Positions 10,227-22,200 of a DNA stretch of 64,000 bases are shown piece after piece. Origin of the DNA: a virus. Under the pieces are notes generated by a model, which saw only the letters and a program-made list of their open reading frames with translations, did no database searches and had not been told where the DNA came from. Within the stretch, counting starts at the first letter, position 1. Every line of letters starts with the position of its first letter. The DNA lies in the IMG/VR virus record IMGVR_UViG_3300045988_062648, positions 26,514 through 90,513 of that record. One strand, written 5' to 3'. A program made the position numbers and the translations under genes.

Positions 10227-12164
10227 ATGTTACCATTTAACCAAATAGATAGAAGTAAAATTGAACAATATAGAGATAATTTTGATTATAATGGTCTAGC
10301 AGATTATCTCTCACAATTTTATGTAGAAGATGCACAAAGACAAAAAGAATATTTAGATTATATTCGTCAATATAGAAGTCAAGGTAATAAATTCAAAGGA
10401 ATAATGGATAGAGCTAATGATGACCAAAAGCAAGCTATTCAATTTCAAATGGGTTTACAAAATAATAGACTACCTAAAACTTTTATTAATAGTCTAGGTC
10501 AAGAACAAGAGAATAGATTTACTAAAGATTATGTTAGTAAACTAAATAATATGGGAGGTGAAGATAGTACTACTCTTGAGTTTATGCTTGAGGGTAAGAC
10601 TGTTGAAACTAAAGGTTTATTTGGTATTAATTGGTGGAAAGGTAATGACATTCAATATAAAGATAGTGGATTTGATTTATTTAGTAAAGGTACAGGATAT
10701 ACAGAACAAGACCTTATGAATATGGGAGTACAAGTTACTCACAAAGATGGTCAAACTATTCTTACTGTGGCTAAAGATAATCCTAATATTGCTAATATTT
10801 TTATGGGTATGCAATACGTTAATACTAATAGAAGTACAGACGATATTAGAAATCCTATGGATGCTAATCAAGAAGGAGAAGCTAGATATAAAGTTCGTGG
10901 TCTTGATGCAGATGGTAACCCAGTTCAAGTTGGAGCTTCAATAGATTTTACTCCAGATAATACTATAGCAGCTACAAGAAATTCTGATAGTATTCCAGGT
11001 TTTCTTTATAATACTGTAGTTGGTACAGGTGAAGCAATTGGTAGAACACTACGACAAGTAGCTGGTGGTATTGGAGACATATTTAGTTCTAATCAAAGAG
11101 ATTGGGAAGAAGATCAATTTAATAATCCAAAGAATATTTACACATACGATACTAATACTAATCCATATACTACACTTCGTGAAGCTCAAAGTATTTATAA
11201 TAATTTTATGAATTCTGATGTTGATAATACTCAAGTATCTTATGAAATAACTGGTTTAGCTGTTAATGGAGCTGCTAGAGCACAATTAGAACAACGAAGA
11301 CAAGCTGGTCTTATTAGTAATGAAGATTATCAAAAAGCTCTTAATAACCTTAATGATAGTTATAAATTAGCTCTTAATCAGTCTCTTCATAATTATAGAG
11401 TATGGTCTAATATAGATAATGACGATAGTGATGACCAAGCACTTTATGAACTCAATACAGAACAAAGAGTAGATGCAGCAGAACAATTACATCTTGATAT
11501 TAATCGTGATGATGCTGTATTTATGCACGCAATGATGGGCAATAAAGTAGGTACAATGATTGTTATTCCTGGTCAAAAGAATAAAGATGGAACAGTTAAA
11601 GAAAATACTGAACGTCGTTATTTTATTGAAGACTTTATGAAAGATGAAGCAGAAGCTGCATTTAGACGAGATACTAAAACTCGTGCTCAAATGGAACTTT
11701 CAGATATGCAAACATATAAATACAATTATGATATACCTGAAGTTGGAACTATTAAAAATGTAAATGGAGCTAGTGCAGTTCTTGAACATCAAGATGGAAG
11801 TGAACAACTTATAGATAGACAAACAGCTCTTGATTATCTTAATAGAGCTATGATATATCAAGACGCAATAGACATGGCTAATCAAAACTATTGGTACGAT
11901 AATGGTGTTAGCAGAGATTATACTAATCTTAAAAATGATGTTAATACTTGGTCGCAACTTAGTATGGCTGAAATATATCCTACAGCATGGCAAAGATATA
12001 TAGAAGCATTACAAAGAGCTGGAGTTAGAACACCAAATCTTGATGATAATACTCCACTTGATGAACAAGGAGAAAATGATAGACTTTATCTTAGAACTCT
12101 TAAAAATCAAATGGCAGCTTATATTCTTCGTTCTGTAGGTTATAACTTTAATAATGTTGAATAA
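10227..12164 (+). CDS. hypothetical virion protein (645 aa)
   Basis: Long ORF. Its stop overlaps the start of the next gene (ATAATGA, translational coupling). Confidence 0.55.
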   Translation: MLPFNQIDRSKIEQYRDNFDYNGLADYLSQFYVEDAQRQKEYLDYIRQYRSQGNKFKGIMDRANDDQKQAIQFQMGLQNNRLPKTFINSLGQEQENRFTKDYVSKLNNMGGEDSTTLEFMLEGKTVETKGLFGINWWKGNDIQYKDSGFDLFSKGTGYTEQDLMNMGVQVTHKDGQTILTVAKDNPNIANIFMGMQYVNTNRSTDDIRNPMDANQEGEARYKVRGLDADGNPVQVGASIDFTPDNTIAATRNSDSIPGFLYNTVVGTGEAIGRTLRQVAGGIGDIFSSNQRDWEEDQFNNPKNIYTYDTNTNPYTTLREAQSIYNNFMNSDVDNTQVSYEITGLAVNGAARAQLEQRRQAGLISNEDYQKALNNLNDSYKLALNQSLHNYRVWSNIDNDDSDDQALYELNTEQRVDAAEQLHLDINRDDAVFMHAMMGNKVGTMIVIPGQKNKDGTVKENTERRYFIEDFMKDEAEAAFRRDTKTRAQMELSDMQTYKYNYDIPEVGTIKNVNGASAVLEHQDGSEQLIDRQTALDYLNRAMIYQDAIDMANQNYWYDNGVSRDYTNLKNDVNTWSQLSMAEIYPTAWQRYIEALQRAGVRTPNLDDNTPLDEQGENDRLYLRTLKNQMAAYILRSVGYNFNNVE

Positions 12165-15100
12165 TGAATACTGAACTTATATTTTCACAAGGTGGTGTAG
12201 AAGTTCCTAATCCAGCTTATAATTCTCGTAGTAAAAAACGAGGAGTTTCTCCTACTATAATAGTTCCTGATGCTTCTCAAGCAAGTTCTATGGCAGATAT
12301 TGCTTATAGAACTAATCCTGCTCTTTATGGTCAGTATGATTATGCTGATGTAAAAAAGTATTATGGTGAAGGTTTAATGCCTAATAAAATATCGCCAAAT
12401 CTAGATGTAGAGCTTGCAGAAGCACAAAGTGGTATAAAAAAGTTTGGTAATGCTTTAGCACAAACACTTGTATCAGAAATAGCTTTAGGCACTGTAATAG
12501 GTATAACAGATTTACTTGATGTAGTAGGAAATGCTATAAGTATGAATACTAATAATGATTATCAAAATCCTATTAGTAGAACTCTTACTGAATGGCAAGA
12601 AAAATTTAGAAATGAAGTTGCTCCTATTTATACAGACCCAACTAAAAATATAGCTAACGGTGGTTTACTTGATATGGGTTGGTGGGCTAGTAATATTCCA
12701 AGTATTGCTAGTTCACTTACTTTGCTTATTCCATCAACAGGTGTAACAAAAGGACTTTCAGCACTTTCTAAATCTACTAATATAGGTGCTTATACTAGAA
12801 CTGCCGTTAGAGCTGCAACTAAAAAACTTGGTAATAAAAGTTTATATAGAGCGGCTAATCGTCCATCTACTATTACAGCTTGGAATAGAGGAATAGAATT
12901 AGGTATTAATGCTGGACTTCAACGTACAATGGAAAACTATCAAGAAGCTAGACAAGTTTATAATGATAGTTTAGAAGATAGTATTAATACTCTTCAAAAT
13001 ATGTCTCCCGAAGATTATCAGAATATGCTTCAACGTAATGCTGATATGTTTGAAGGAGTCGATACAAGTAATATACAAGAAGTAGCTAAAGCTATTGCTC
13101 GTAGAGCTTCTGATAGAACATTTGCTATGGACTTTGCTAATATTGGTTTTGACGTTATGCAACTTTATGCTCTTAGAAATGTTTTTGGCAATAACAGATT
13201 AGCTAATGTTGGTAGAGCTTCTGCTCGTAGAGCAAATAGACTTAGTATTAAATATGCAGGTAAAAGTCAAGCTGAAATAGATAAACTTGAAGCAGCAAGA
13301 CCTTGGAGAGAAAGAACTTTAGATAATATAAAAGATTATGCTATAGGTAGCGGTTATGCTATTAAAGCTCAACTTAGTGAAGGTGTTGAAGAAGCTGTTA
13401 ACTATATTGCTCAAGAAGAAGGTATGAGTCTAGGTCGAACTATTCTTGGTAAAGAGAATCCAAGTAGTTTTGATTATAGACTTAAACAATACATGTTTGC
13501 TCCTCAACTTTGGGAAAGTGCATTTTGGGGTACACTTGGTGGAGTAACATTTCAAGCTGCTGGTAGTGGTTTAATGCGAGTAGCAAATACTATTAAAAAA
13601 GGAACAGAGGTTGACCCTATTACAGGAGAACGTAGACAGAATGTTGCTTGGGCTGGTCTTAGTATGCTTCCTGAAGTAGAAAGACGAGTTAAAGATATTG
13701 AATCTCGTAATATTAAAATGGGACAACTTGCAGAACTTATTAAGACTATTGATAAAGACCATAAAAATCCTTTTCAAAGAAATGCTGATGGAAGTTTTGT
13801 TGATATACCTAATAAGATTGATCAAGATGCAGCTAAAGAACTAGCTATTAATGAATTTGTTACTGATATTGCTTTACAAGCTAATAACAATGGTAATTAT
13901 GAAGCTACAAGAGAATATCTTGCTGACGATAACGTTAGACAAGCTATGGTTCAAGCTGGTATAGTAGATGAAGCTAGTTCTAAAGAATGGCAACAAAGTG
14001 TTCTTAGAAAGTATGACCAAGTTAAAGAACAATATGAAAATGAGTTGTTTAAACTAGATGATTTAGCAGCTACTAGTAACGTTAAAGGAAGAGTTCCTAT
14101 TGAATTTCTACAGAATGCTGCAACATTTAATGTTCAAACTAAACTTAATATTGCTAATTTAAGGTCTCAACAAAGTGCTTATACAGAGCAATACAATAAA
14201 GCTAAAGCTGATGCTATAGAAAATGGTAAACTAGATGCTACTTATGATTATGATTCTATTATAAAGCTGTCCACTATTGTTAGTGGACTTAATGCTTTAT
14301 ATCAACAAAGAAAAGAAATACAAGATGATATAAAACAAAATGGTGCTACTGTTGCTAAACAAATAAGTCTTGATGAAATTAATAAACGTATAACTAAACT
14401 TCAAAAAGACTTTTATATAGATAATAGTACTAATCAACTTGTATCTCTTCTTGCTGGTCTTAGTTCTATTTATAATAGTAGAGCTAGAAACGAAGAAATA
14501 GATAAAAATCTAGAAAAAGCTCTTAATGATGCTTTACAAAATAATAAGTTTGGTGGTATAGAAACTTTGCTAGGTCTTGAGCCTGATACTATAACAGTAT
14601 CAGAAGAAGAACATAAAAATATAGTTAATGCTTATAATAAATTTAATAAAGAATTTATTAATAGAACAGAGGGCAAACAAGGTATTAATCAAATTGGTAA
14701 ACAAAATGTAGAAGCACTTTCTAATGCTATTGCTCTTGGTTATACTATAGCTAATCAACAATCTCAAGTTATAGATACTCAATCTGATTTAGATTATTAT
14801 CTTAATATGATGAACAATAGTATGGATGAAGCTAGAAGAAATGCTATTGAAGAATCATATAATACTATAAGAGAACTTAATAAGAAATATGGTCGTAGAA
14901 GTATTGAAGAAGCTCTAGCTCTTGCTTATCAAGGAAAATCTTCTTTAGAAGCTCTTGATGATTATGAAGAAGGAGATAGAAATAATCTTAATAGAGCTAT
15001 TAAAATTCTTAATCTTACTAGTGCGCCTAACCGAATACTTTATGATGATATTCAAGCACTACTTGATATAGAGGATAAACTTAGTGCTGATAGACGTGCT

Positions 15101-18100
15101 AATACAGAAGTATTATCTACCACAAATCAAAATCCCGTACAATCGACTGAAACCTCGCAGACGAACAATCCATCAGCTGTCACGTCCGAAACGCCCACAG
15201 CGCAAGCAAATAGGCAAAACGGCAATGTTCCGCCAACTCAAACACCATCTCAAACGGCTACATCAGAGCCAATAAATGTTCGTGTTGGTACTCGCAGTGG
15301 TAATCCTTTTATTACTGCAATAAGTGATACAGGAGCACAAAATCAAAATGGTACACTTGTTCCTACAACAGTAGCTGGTCGTTATAGACTGCAAACACAA
15401 GAAGAACAAATACTTAATAATGATAATTTCTATGATAAAGAGAATGGTGTTTCTGTTATAGATGGTGATTATAAAATTACTCAAGAACCAATAGTCATAC
15501 TTGATAATGATGGAAAATATGTTATAGAAGAGAAAGGATTATTGAGTAAAGTAAATGACGAGAAGCCCCCCGTAGAAGATAACGGTGGAACTCAACAAGG
15601 TGGAAACTCTTTTCAAGATGCTATTAGAGATAAAGAAACTCAACAAGGTGTAGTACAACAAAGTCAAGACGATGCAACCTCTTCTACGGGGGGCGAGAGT
15701 CAAGTAGATAGTTTTATCCCAGTAGAAGATTTAAGTCAAGCTGTAGCTGCTAGAATGACTGATATCAATGTTCTTGACTCAAATCTTGATTTAGACGCTA
15801 AAGCTCAACAATATAAAGAACAACTTAATCCTGAAGAATTTGGTGTTACAAGAGAAGAACTTGATAGAGTTATAGATGAACGTATAGCTGGTTTTAAACA
15901 ACTTAAAGAACATCTTGCTACACTTCAAAATCCTCAAGCTCAAGCTGCTACTGGAATAGCTTTTGCAGCTAGACTTATGGAACCTACTAGTAATGTATTT
16001 TCATTAATGTTTGCTAGTAGTATGTCTAGTTTTGTTCAAGAATATGCTAAGTCAATGATTATACCAAAGACTACAGATGGTCGTTATGTAATTAATCTTA
16101 GGTCTTTTCTTAGACAGCTTAGAGACGCTCTTGGCTCAAATAATAAAGATGTTATTCTTCCTATATATCGTCAAATTAAAACTTATTTCCTTAGTGCTGA
16201 CGGTAAAGCAAATTATGTACTTGATAATTATGAAACGTTACTTGATGATAGTGTATTAGATAATCTTGATAAGTCTGTAGAACAAATCAGACAAGAACAA
16301 AATAATAATGTAACGACATTAAGAGTAAATATTAATGACTTTATAGAAGCAGCCAATAACGTTTACGATGATGCTAGACGTCAAGAATACTTTAATGTTC
16401 TTGATAATCTTAAAGTTGGAGATAAACTTACTCTTAGAACTCTCGATGGTTACATAGAAGTATCTAAAGGAAATGTAGTAGTAGGTAATATGTCTATTGC
16501 TAAAGTTACTCCTGATGGTAGATATTATGTATATAATGAAGGTTGGAGAGAAGATGTTAATATTGGTTCTAATGGACAAATTATAAGTGATGCTAAACAA
16601 ATAATAGAAGATATATTTACAGGACAGTCTGTAAATCATACTAGTCTTCGTAAAATTATTACTGATGCCATTACTGCTAGAGATATTTCAAAAAATCTAG
16701 TTAATCGTTTTGCAGCTAATCCTATTATAAATGATTTAGCTAATCGTTCTAGAGGAGAACAAGCTGGAGAAAGAATATTCTTTGTAGATGATAAGACAGG
16801 TCTTATTGACTATGATAGAATACTTCGTCATCTTGTAAAACTTTGGAATTATTCTTTTGTTAGTAATAAATCAATAGTAACAAATGATGATATAAAAGCT
16901 AGTCTTAATAATTGGTATGAAAAACTTTATCATACTTATAATAATATTAATTATCTAGCTCAACAACAAGATGTTACTGTTAGTTACATGAATGAAGGAG
17001 CTATTAATAGAAAAGTAGAAAATGATACAGCTAATGCTTATGAACAATTTGAATATGCTTCAAATGGTATTGCTGATTTATCTCAAGCTGCTCTTGGAAT
17101 AACTGCTCCCATAACTAATACAATGGTAATATCAGGACATAATGGAGAATCTTCTACATGGAGTGCTGGTAGTACAGTTGTAGCTATTTATAGTAGAAAT
17201 ACTAAACCTGATTTTGTTAAAGCTTATGGTCTTAGACTTACAACAGATGAAATGAAGCAAAATGCTACATTTAAAGCTATGAATGATGCTATGCAGAATA
17301 GACTTATTTCTATTATAAATAGTTTAATAAGTAATAATTCTGATGAAAACTTTAGTAAACTTGTAGATACTATAACGTCCATTCTAGCTTGTAGAAATTT
17401 TACTGATTACGTAAATCCTAAGACTAAAGTTCCAATATATAGAGCTATGTCTGGAAGATTCCAAATTAGACCTGTTACTTATAGAAATACTCCTAATATT
17501 AAAGGTATTGATATAATATATACAAGTCCTGATGGTCGAATGAGTAACTTCCATATTTATAATCATGGTGCTAATAGACCTCAAATAGGTTATAAACCGG
17601 CTAATACAAACAGATTTGTATTTACTGATACTGATAGTACTATTACTGGTTCTAGGATAGCTACTGATTTTATGAACTTTATAGCTCCTTATGTAAACTT
17701 TAATATAGCTCAGGCTGGTATAGCTCTTGATAATAATCCTAATGCTGATTATGCTGGTTTTATAACTCATAAAAACGGAAAAGTAGTTGTTAATATTCCA
17801 ACAGAAGATAATACAATTGGATTTAATGAAGAATATGATAGTTATAGTCAATTTGTTCTTAGTAATAATCTAGTCAAAGTTAATACTTTTGTTGGTCAAA
17901 ATGGTAAGAACTTTAGTTATCAAAATGGAAATCAACGTGCTAATCAAGTTCTTTATGTAGATAGTGAGTTGGGAACTACAACCCCCGTAGAAGAAACGAG
18001 ATATATTAATTCTAACTCTGATGCAGCTCTTAATCAACAAGTTTATGATATACTTAACTCTAATGAGCCAACTAGTAATACAGGAGAACGTATATTCCAA

Positions 18101-19225
18101 GCTATTAAAGGTAATAAACAACAAATAGAAATTCCTCATATAACAGATGATGAAGGAAATGTTATAAGTTTATTCCCAGCTGATATTAGGTTTGAACCTA
18201 AGATGAATGATAGACAAGATAGTCGAGGAGTAATAGCTTATACTACAAGTGATAAAAACCATAGGCATATTTATGTTTATAATAGTCCTACTGATAAAAA
18301 TTCTGCTCGTGTTGGAAGAGCTGTTGGTAAAGTTTATGTAGGAACTAAATGGCTTAATATGATAAGTAGTAATAATGAAGCTGTTAGAAATGTAGCTATT
18401 TCTAAACTTATTCATGAACGTTTACATTTACTTATACATGATGCAAAATATGCTGCAAAAGCTCCTAAACTTTATTCTGATATTGCTCCTATATATGAAG
18501 AATTTTGGAAACAAGTAAATAATATTCGACAAGATGCTAATGCAGATGCTACTCTTAAAGAACTTGCTAATCATGCTGTAACTACTTTCCAACCTTATTT
18601 CAATACAGAAGCAAGTACTAGAAATGATGAAGCTGCTCATAATAGAGCAACACAAGTATTATATGAAGAGTTTATAGTTGAAAGTCTTACTAATAGTGCT
18701 TTCCTTAATCTTCTTAATGCTATGGAGGCTACAGAAGAAATAAGTAGAGGCAAACAAAATCTGCTTAGTAGAATTATTGATGCTATACTTAATTTCCTTG
18801 GTATTACTGATAAAATAAATAAAGGTAGTCTTCTTGAACAACAAATTAATACTTTAGCTAATTCATTTAATAATGATGATGTATTACCGCCAAATGTCAA
18901 TAAAGATATTGAACAAAGTGTTTCTCAGGAAATTGAAAATGATGTTAACGAAGTACAAGAAACACAAGAAGTAAGTAATAAGGAAGAAGATACTTTAACT
19001 TCTGATGAACAAGATGATGCCGATGTATTTGACGAAGAAGGAGATGATTATGAAGATGTAGATGACAATGCTAATGCTGCTAATATAGCTGAACCAATTC
19101 TTCCAGTAAGTGAAGAAATAAGTATTTCGTCAATCGACTACTTTAGCCGCCAGCTCCCTGGGATAAGCCAACGCCAATTTAGGGCAATGATTGACCGTGG
19201 TGACGTTAATTTCCGATGCAGGTAG
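12164..19225 (+). CDS. giant virion protein (2353 aa), likely a tail-associated/ejected cargo protein of the crAss-like RNAP module
   Basis: Uninterrupted 7-kb ORF. P/T/S/Q-rich linker at about 15080-15300. Acidic C-terminal tail (DEQDDADVFDEEGDDYEDVDD). Sits directly upstream of the giant RNAP gene. Confidence 0.6.
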   Translation: MNTELIFSQGGVEVPNPAYNSRSKKRGVSPTIIVPDASQASSMADIAYRTNPALYGQYDYADVKKYYGEGLMPNKISPNLDVELAEAQSGIKKFGNALAQTLVSEIALGTVIGITDLLDVVGNAISMNTNNDYQNPISRTLTEWQEKFRNEVAPIYTDPTKNIANGGLLDMGWWASNIPSIASSLTLLIPSTGVTKGLSALSKSTNIGAYTRTAVRAATKKLGNKSLYRAANRPSTITAWNRGIELGINAGLQRTMENYQEARQVYNDSLEDSINTLQNMSPEDYQNMLQRNADMFEGVDTSNIQEVAKAIARRASDRTFAMDFANIGFDVMQLYALRNVFGNNRLANVGRASARRANRLSIKYAGKSQAEIDKLEAARPWRERTLDNIKDYAIGSGYAIKAQLSEGVEEAVNYIAQEEGMSLGRTILGKENPSSFDYRLKQYMFAPQLWESAFWGTLGGVTFQAAGSGLMRVANTIKKGTEVDPITGERRQNVAWAGLSMLPEVERRVKDIESRNIKMGQLAELIKTIDKDHKNPFQRNADGSFVDIPNKIDQDAAKELAINEFVTDIALQANNNGNYEATREYLADDNVRQAMVQAGIVDEASSKEWQQSVLRKYDQVKEQYENELFKLDDLAATSNVKGRVPIEFLQNAATFNVQTKLNIANLRSQQSAYTEQYNKAKADAIENGKLDATYDYDSIIKLSTIVSGLNALYQQRKEIQDDIKQNGATVAKQISLDEINKRITKLQKDFYIDNSTNQLVSLLAGLSSIYNSRARNEEIDKNLEKALNDALQNNKFGGIETLLGLEPDTITVSEEEHKNIVNAYNKFNKEFINRTEGKQGINQIGKQNVEALSNAIALGYTIANQQSQVIDTQSDLDYYLNMMNNSMDEARRNAIEESYNTIRELNKKYGRRSIEEALALAYQGKSSLEALDDYEEGDRNNLNRAIKILNLTSAPNRILYDDIQALLDIEDKLSADRRANTEVLSTTNQNPVQSTETSQTNNPSAVTSETPTAQANRQNGNVPPTQTPSQTATSEPINVRVGTRSGNPFITAISDTGAQNQNGTLVPTTVAGRYRLQTQEEQILNNDNFYDKENGVSVIDGDYKITQEPIVILDNDGKYVIEEKGLLSKVNDEKPPVEDNGGTQQGGNSFQDAIRDKETQQGVVQQSQDDATSSTGGESQVDSFIPVEDLSQAVAARMTDINVLDSNLDLDAKAQQYKEQLNPEEFGVTREELDRVIDERIAGFKQLKEHLATLQNPQAQAATGIAFAARLMEPTSNVFSLMFASSMSSFVQEYAKSMIIPKTTDGRYVINLRSFLRQLRDALGSNNKDVILPIYRQIKTYFLSADGKANYVLDNYETLLDDSVLDNLDKSVEQIRQEQNNNVTTLRVNINDFIEAANNVYDDARRQEYFNVLDNLKVGDKLTLRTLDGYIEVSKGNVVVGNMSIAKVTPDGRYYVYNEGWREDVNIGSNGQIISDAKQIIEDIFTGQSVNHTSLRKIITDAITARDISKNLVNRFAANPIINDLANRSRGEQAGERIFFVDDKTGLIDYDRILRHLVKLWNYSFVSNKSIVTNDDIKASLNNWYEKLYHTYNNINYLAQQQDVTVSYMNEGAINRKVENDTANAYEQFEYASNGIADLSQAALGITAPITNTMVISGHNGESSTWSAGSTVVAIYSRNTKPDFVKAYGLRLTTDEMKQNATFKAMNDAMQNRLISIINSLISNNSDENFSKLVDTITSILACRNFTDYVNPKTKVPIYRAMSGRFQIRPVTYRNTPNIKGIDIIYTSPDGRMSNFHIYNHGANRPQIGYKPANTNRFVFTDTDSTITGSRIATDFMNFIAPYVNFNIAQAGIALDNNPNADYAGFITHKNGKVVVNIPTEDNTIGFNEEYDSYSQFVLSNNLVKVNTFVGQNGKNFSYQNGNQRANQVLYVDSELGTTTPVEETRYINSNSDAALNQQVYDILNSNEPTSNTGERIFQAIKGNKQQIEIPHITDDEGNVISLFPADIRFEPKMNDRQDSRGVIAYTTSDKNHRHIYVYNSPTDKNSARVGRAVGKVYVGTKWLNMISSNNEAVRNVAISKLIHERLHLLIHDAKYAAKAPKLYSDIAPIYEEFWKQVNNIRQDANADATLKELANHAVTTFQPYFNTEASTRNDEAAHNRATQVLYEEFIVESLTNSAFLNLLNAMEATEEISRGKQNLLSRIIDAILNFLGITDKINKGSLLEQQINTLANSFNNDDVLPPNVNKDIEQSVSQEIENDVNEVQETQEVSNKEEDTLTSDEQDDADVFDEEGDDYEDVDDNANAANIAEPILPVSEEISISSIDYFSRQLPGISQRQFRAMIDRGDVNFRCR
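15562..15580 (+). repeat. dispersed motif, copy 3 (forward core-only variant CCCCCCGTAGAAGA; intragenic)
   Basis: gaagccccccgtagaagat; encodes KPPVED. Confidence 0.7.
15679..15702 (-). repeat. dispersed motif, copy 4 (reverse, CTTCTACGGGGGGCGAGAGTC; intragenic)
   Basis: Only about 115 bp from copy 3, in opposite orientation; encodes SSTGGES. Confidence 0.9.
17968..18000 (+). repeat. dispersed motif, copy 5 (forward extended GTTGGGAACTACAACCCCCGTAGAAGAAACGAG; intragenic)
   Basis: Core 17982-17993; encodes GTTTPVEE. Confidence 0.9.
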
Positions 19226-19283
19226 AATACGTCCACTTTTAATTTTGAACCGCTTAAAATCGAATTTAAAATATATAATAACT

Positions 19284-22200
19284 ATGAGTGATAAAAGTTG
19301 TATTATAAAGTTTAACGATAGTAGTCTTTCAAAAGAACTTACAAAAAGAACTGGTCATAATAGTATAAAGTTTGCTGCTTATGAAGCCGCAGTAATTGAA
19401 AATGGTCAGTTTAATCAAGCATTTACAGATTGGTATAAAGCTCGTTATAAAAGAACACCAAATCTAGAAGTAAAAGACGCTAAGACTTTAGCTGATAGAG
19501 TAATTGAATATTATAATACTGAAGTGTATACTACAGCTAGAGATATTACAAATCAAAGTGTAGATGCTAAACAAGTACTTGAAAATGGTTATAATAGTTT
19601 TCAAGATAGAGAACTTGGTAAACATTTTGTAGCTGTATCTATACTTAGAACTTATCGCGATGTTCATGACCTTGGCATAAATATTCGTGGTAGTAAACGA
19701 GATTATTATACTAATACTGCTAAAAGAGCATGGAATGATTATATATTTGAATCTATAGTTGCTAGACGCAAGAAAGATATTAATCAAGTTAAAGAAGAAT
19801 ATGATTCTGCTGAAGATAAATATGCTTATATTAATAAAGAACTTGGTAGAAATAAAACTGTAAGCGAAGTTAATCTTATTGCAGTTTGGAATGAGTTAAA
19901 TGGTAGTGCAGATAAAGCTCAAAGGTTTATAGATGAAGTTTTTGCTACTAATGAAATATCTAATATTAGAGCAGAAATAGATGATGTTGAAACAGATAAA
20001 AATATAAATGATGCTTCTGATGCTAATCGAGAAGAAAATGATTTAGATAACGGAGAGGATGTAGCAAAAGAAGAAGATGCAACTGATGATACTATTAGTA
20101 AATTTGATCATTCAGGTGTTTATAGTACTTGGCTTAAACATCTTAATCAAAGACTTGTAGTATATTTCAATACTCTTGAAGTTCTTAATAGTCCTACTCA
20201 AAATGATGGTGCTTGGGATGTAAATAGAAATAATAGTTTTGGTATAGCAAATACTATGGATGCAGCAGCTTGTTCTAAGCTGATATTTGCTAATAATGGT
20301 TTTGCTAATACTGATGAAATGATTTATACTATTAGACGTTTAAGTACTACTATACCTGGCTTTGAGTCTTTTGCTAAATTTGCAGATGACCTTGAACACG
20401 ATGCTGATTTACGTACAGAAGTATTTACTACGTTTAGTAAAGCTGTAGTTCCTAAACTTGAAACTGTAATCGAAAACGAAGAAGTTAATACACGTATTAG
20501 TAATCTACGGGCTAATCCGAGACTTGCCACAATGTTCTTGGCGTATGATGATATGCGAGCTTCTATAGGTATTGATAATACTTTTATGCAAAGTAGAGTT
20601 AATGCTTTTGAAAGAAGTCTTAAAAAGAAGAGTGGTGTAGTAGAAAATGCAAAAGAAAGACTTAATAAAGATATTGACGATATTATTGATATAGTTCGTC
20701 AATATATACCATCTATTCCAGCAAATGCTATAAAAACATTTATACAAAAGAATAATCACGCAGATAATGATATTAATGCTCAATATGATAATCTTAATAT
20801 TATAGTTGGTAATCTTAAAAACATTATTAAGAGTGCATCTGCTACCCAAACTAGATATAATAGTTTTATAACTAGAATAAATGAAGCTGTTGAACATAAT
20901 GACGCAATAAAACATGATGTTAGTGGACAACCACATAGTCATACAGAATATATAAATATAGCCGACTTATATAAAGAAGATTATCTTGATGCTAGTGTTA
21001 ATGGTGCTGTTGCAGCTATAGTTGATAATGTTCTTCAATATATTAATCCTGACGTATCTTTTAATTCTCGTAATCAAGATGGTAATCAAAACTCTGATGT
21101 AATTAATAATAGTTTAGTTACATATATGCGCCGACTTAATAGTCGTTGGTATATGTATAGAGATGAAGCTACAGGTAATGCTACTTGGCAAAATGATGAA
21201 CTTCTTGATTGGGGAAGAGAAAGACTTTTAAGTCAGCAATATACTTATAGTAATATACTTCTTGAACACAGAGATGAAGAAGGTAATATTCTTAATAAAG
21301 GGTTGTTCCGTAAAGGTGATAATGGAGAACTTTCTTTAACAGAATATGCTAAAGATCTTTTTGATATTTATTATTATAATGGAGCATCAGATTTAGATAA
21401 TGGTACTAGTGCAGGTTATTCCAAAATGAATATTGGAGTATATGCACCTACTACTTATATGAATTATTTTAAAGCTAATGTTAATGGTGTTTCAGATAGT
21501 AATTTTGCTAATTATTTCTTACGTATTCCATCAGATGCTCCTAAAACTTTTATACTACGTGCTCCAAGATATAGTACAAAAAATCTTTATAGCGTAGCTA
21601 ATAGAGATGAAATACGTCAAGCTGCAAGTGAAATAGTTGATAATTACGATAGAATTAGCATTAATGATTTTACTAGAGATTATTTTAATGAAGAAACAAT
21701 AAAAGTAAAAGGTAATAATATCAACTCTACAGAAGATATAATTGCTAATTATCTTACCGATAAAGGAGATATGTATGTTCCAACACTTAAAGCTGTTAAA
21801 CAAATTCCTGATAGTGATGAAGTTTATGTAGCTGTTGAAACAGTTGGAACATATAAAAATCCAGATGGAACATATAGTAATCACTTGTATATAATAAAAG
21901 GTACTCTAGTAAAGAGAGGTAAAGCTAATTTCCTTACTAATAGAGAATATATTGCTTCTGTATCTGATACTCATGATATGGATGAGAAGGTTAAAAACAT
22001 TATGAGAAATTACTATGAACGTAGGCTTGAAACTCATGATGTTACAGTTAAAGGAACTACATATAATAAAGCTAGACGAGAAATAAATAGAAATCATACT
22101 ATTGTTAAGATACTTCTTAATAACTTTAAACAAGAACTTCTTGACATGGCTACAACACTTAACCATTACTTTGAATTTAATGCTGATGGTAGTATTAAAT

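Noticed and set aside
19191-19283. Track start of the giant RNAP ORF at 19191, overlapping the preceding gene
   Set aside because: The first 31 codons overlap the 2353-aa gene's 3' end. The first ATG after that gene's stop (19284, MSDKSC…) is the more parsimonious start. The track appears to accept non-ATG starts (for example TTG at 34765).
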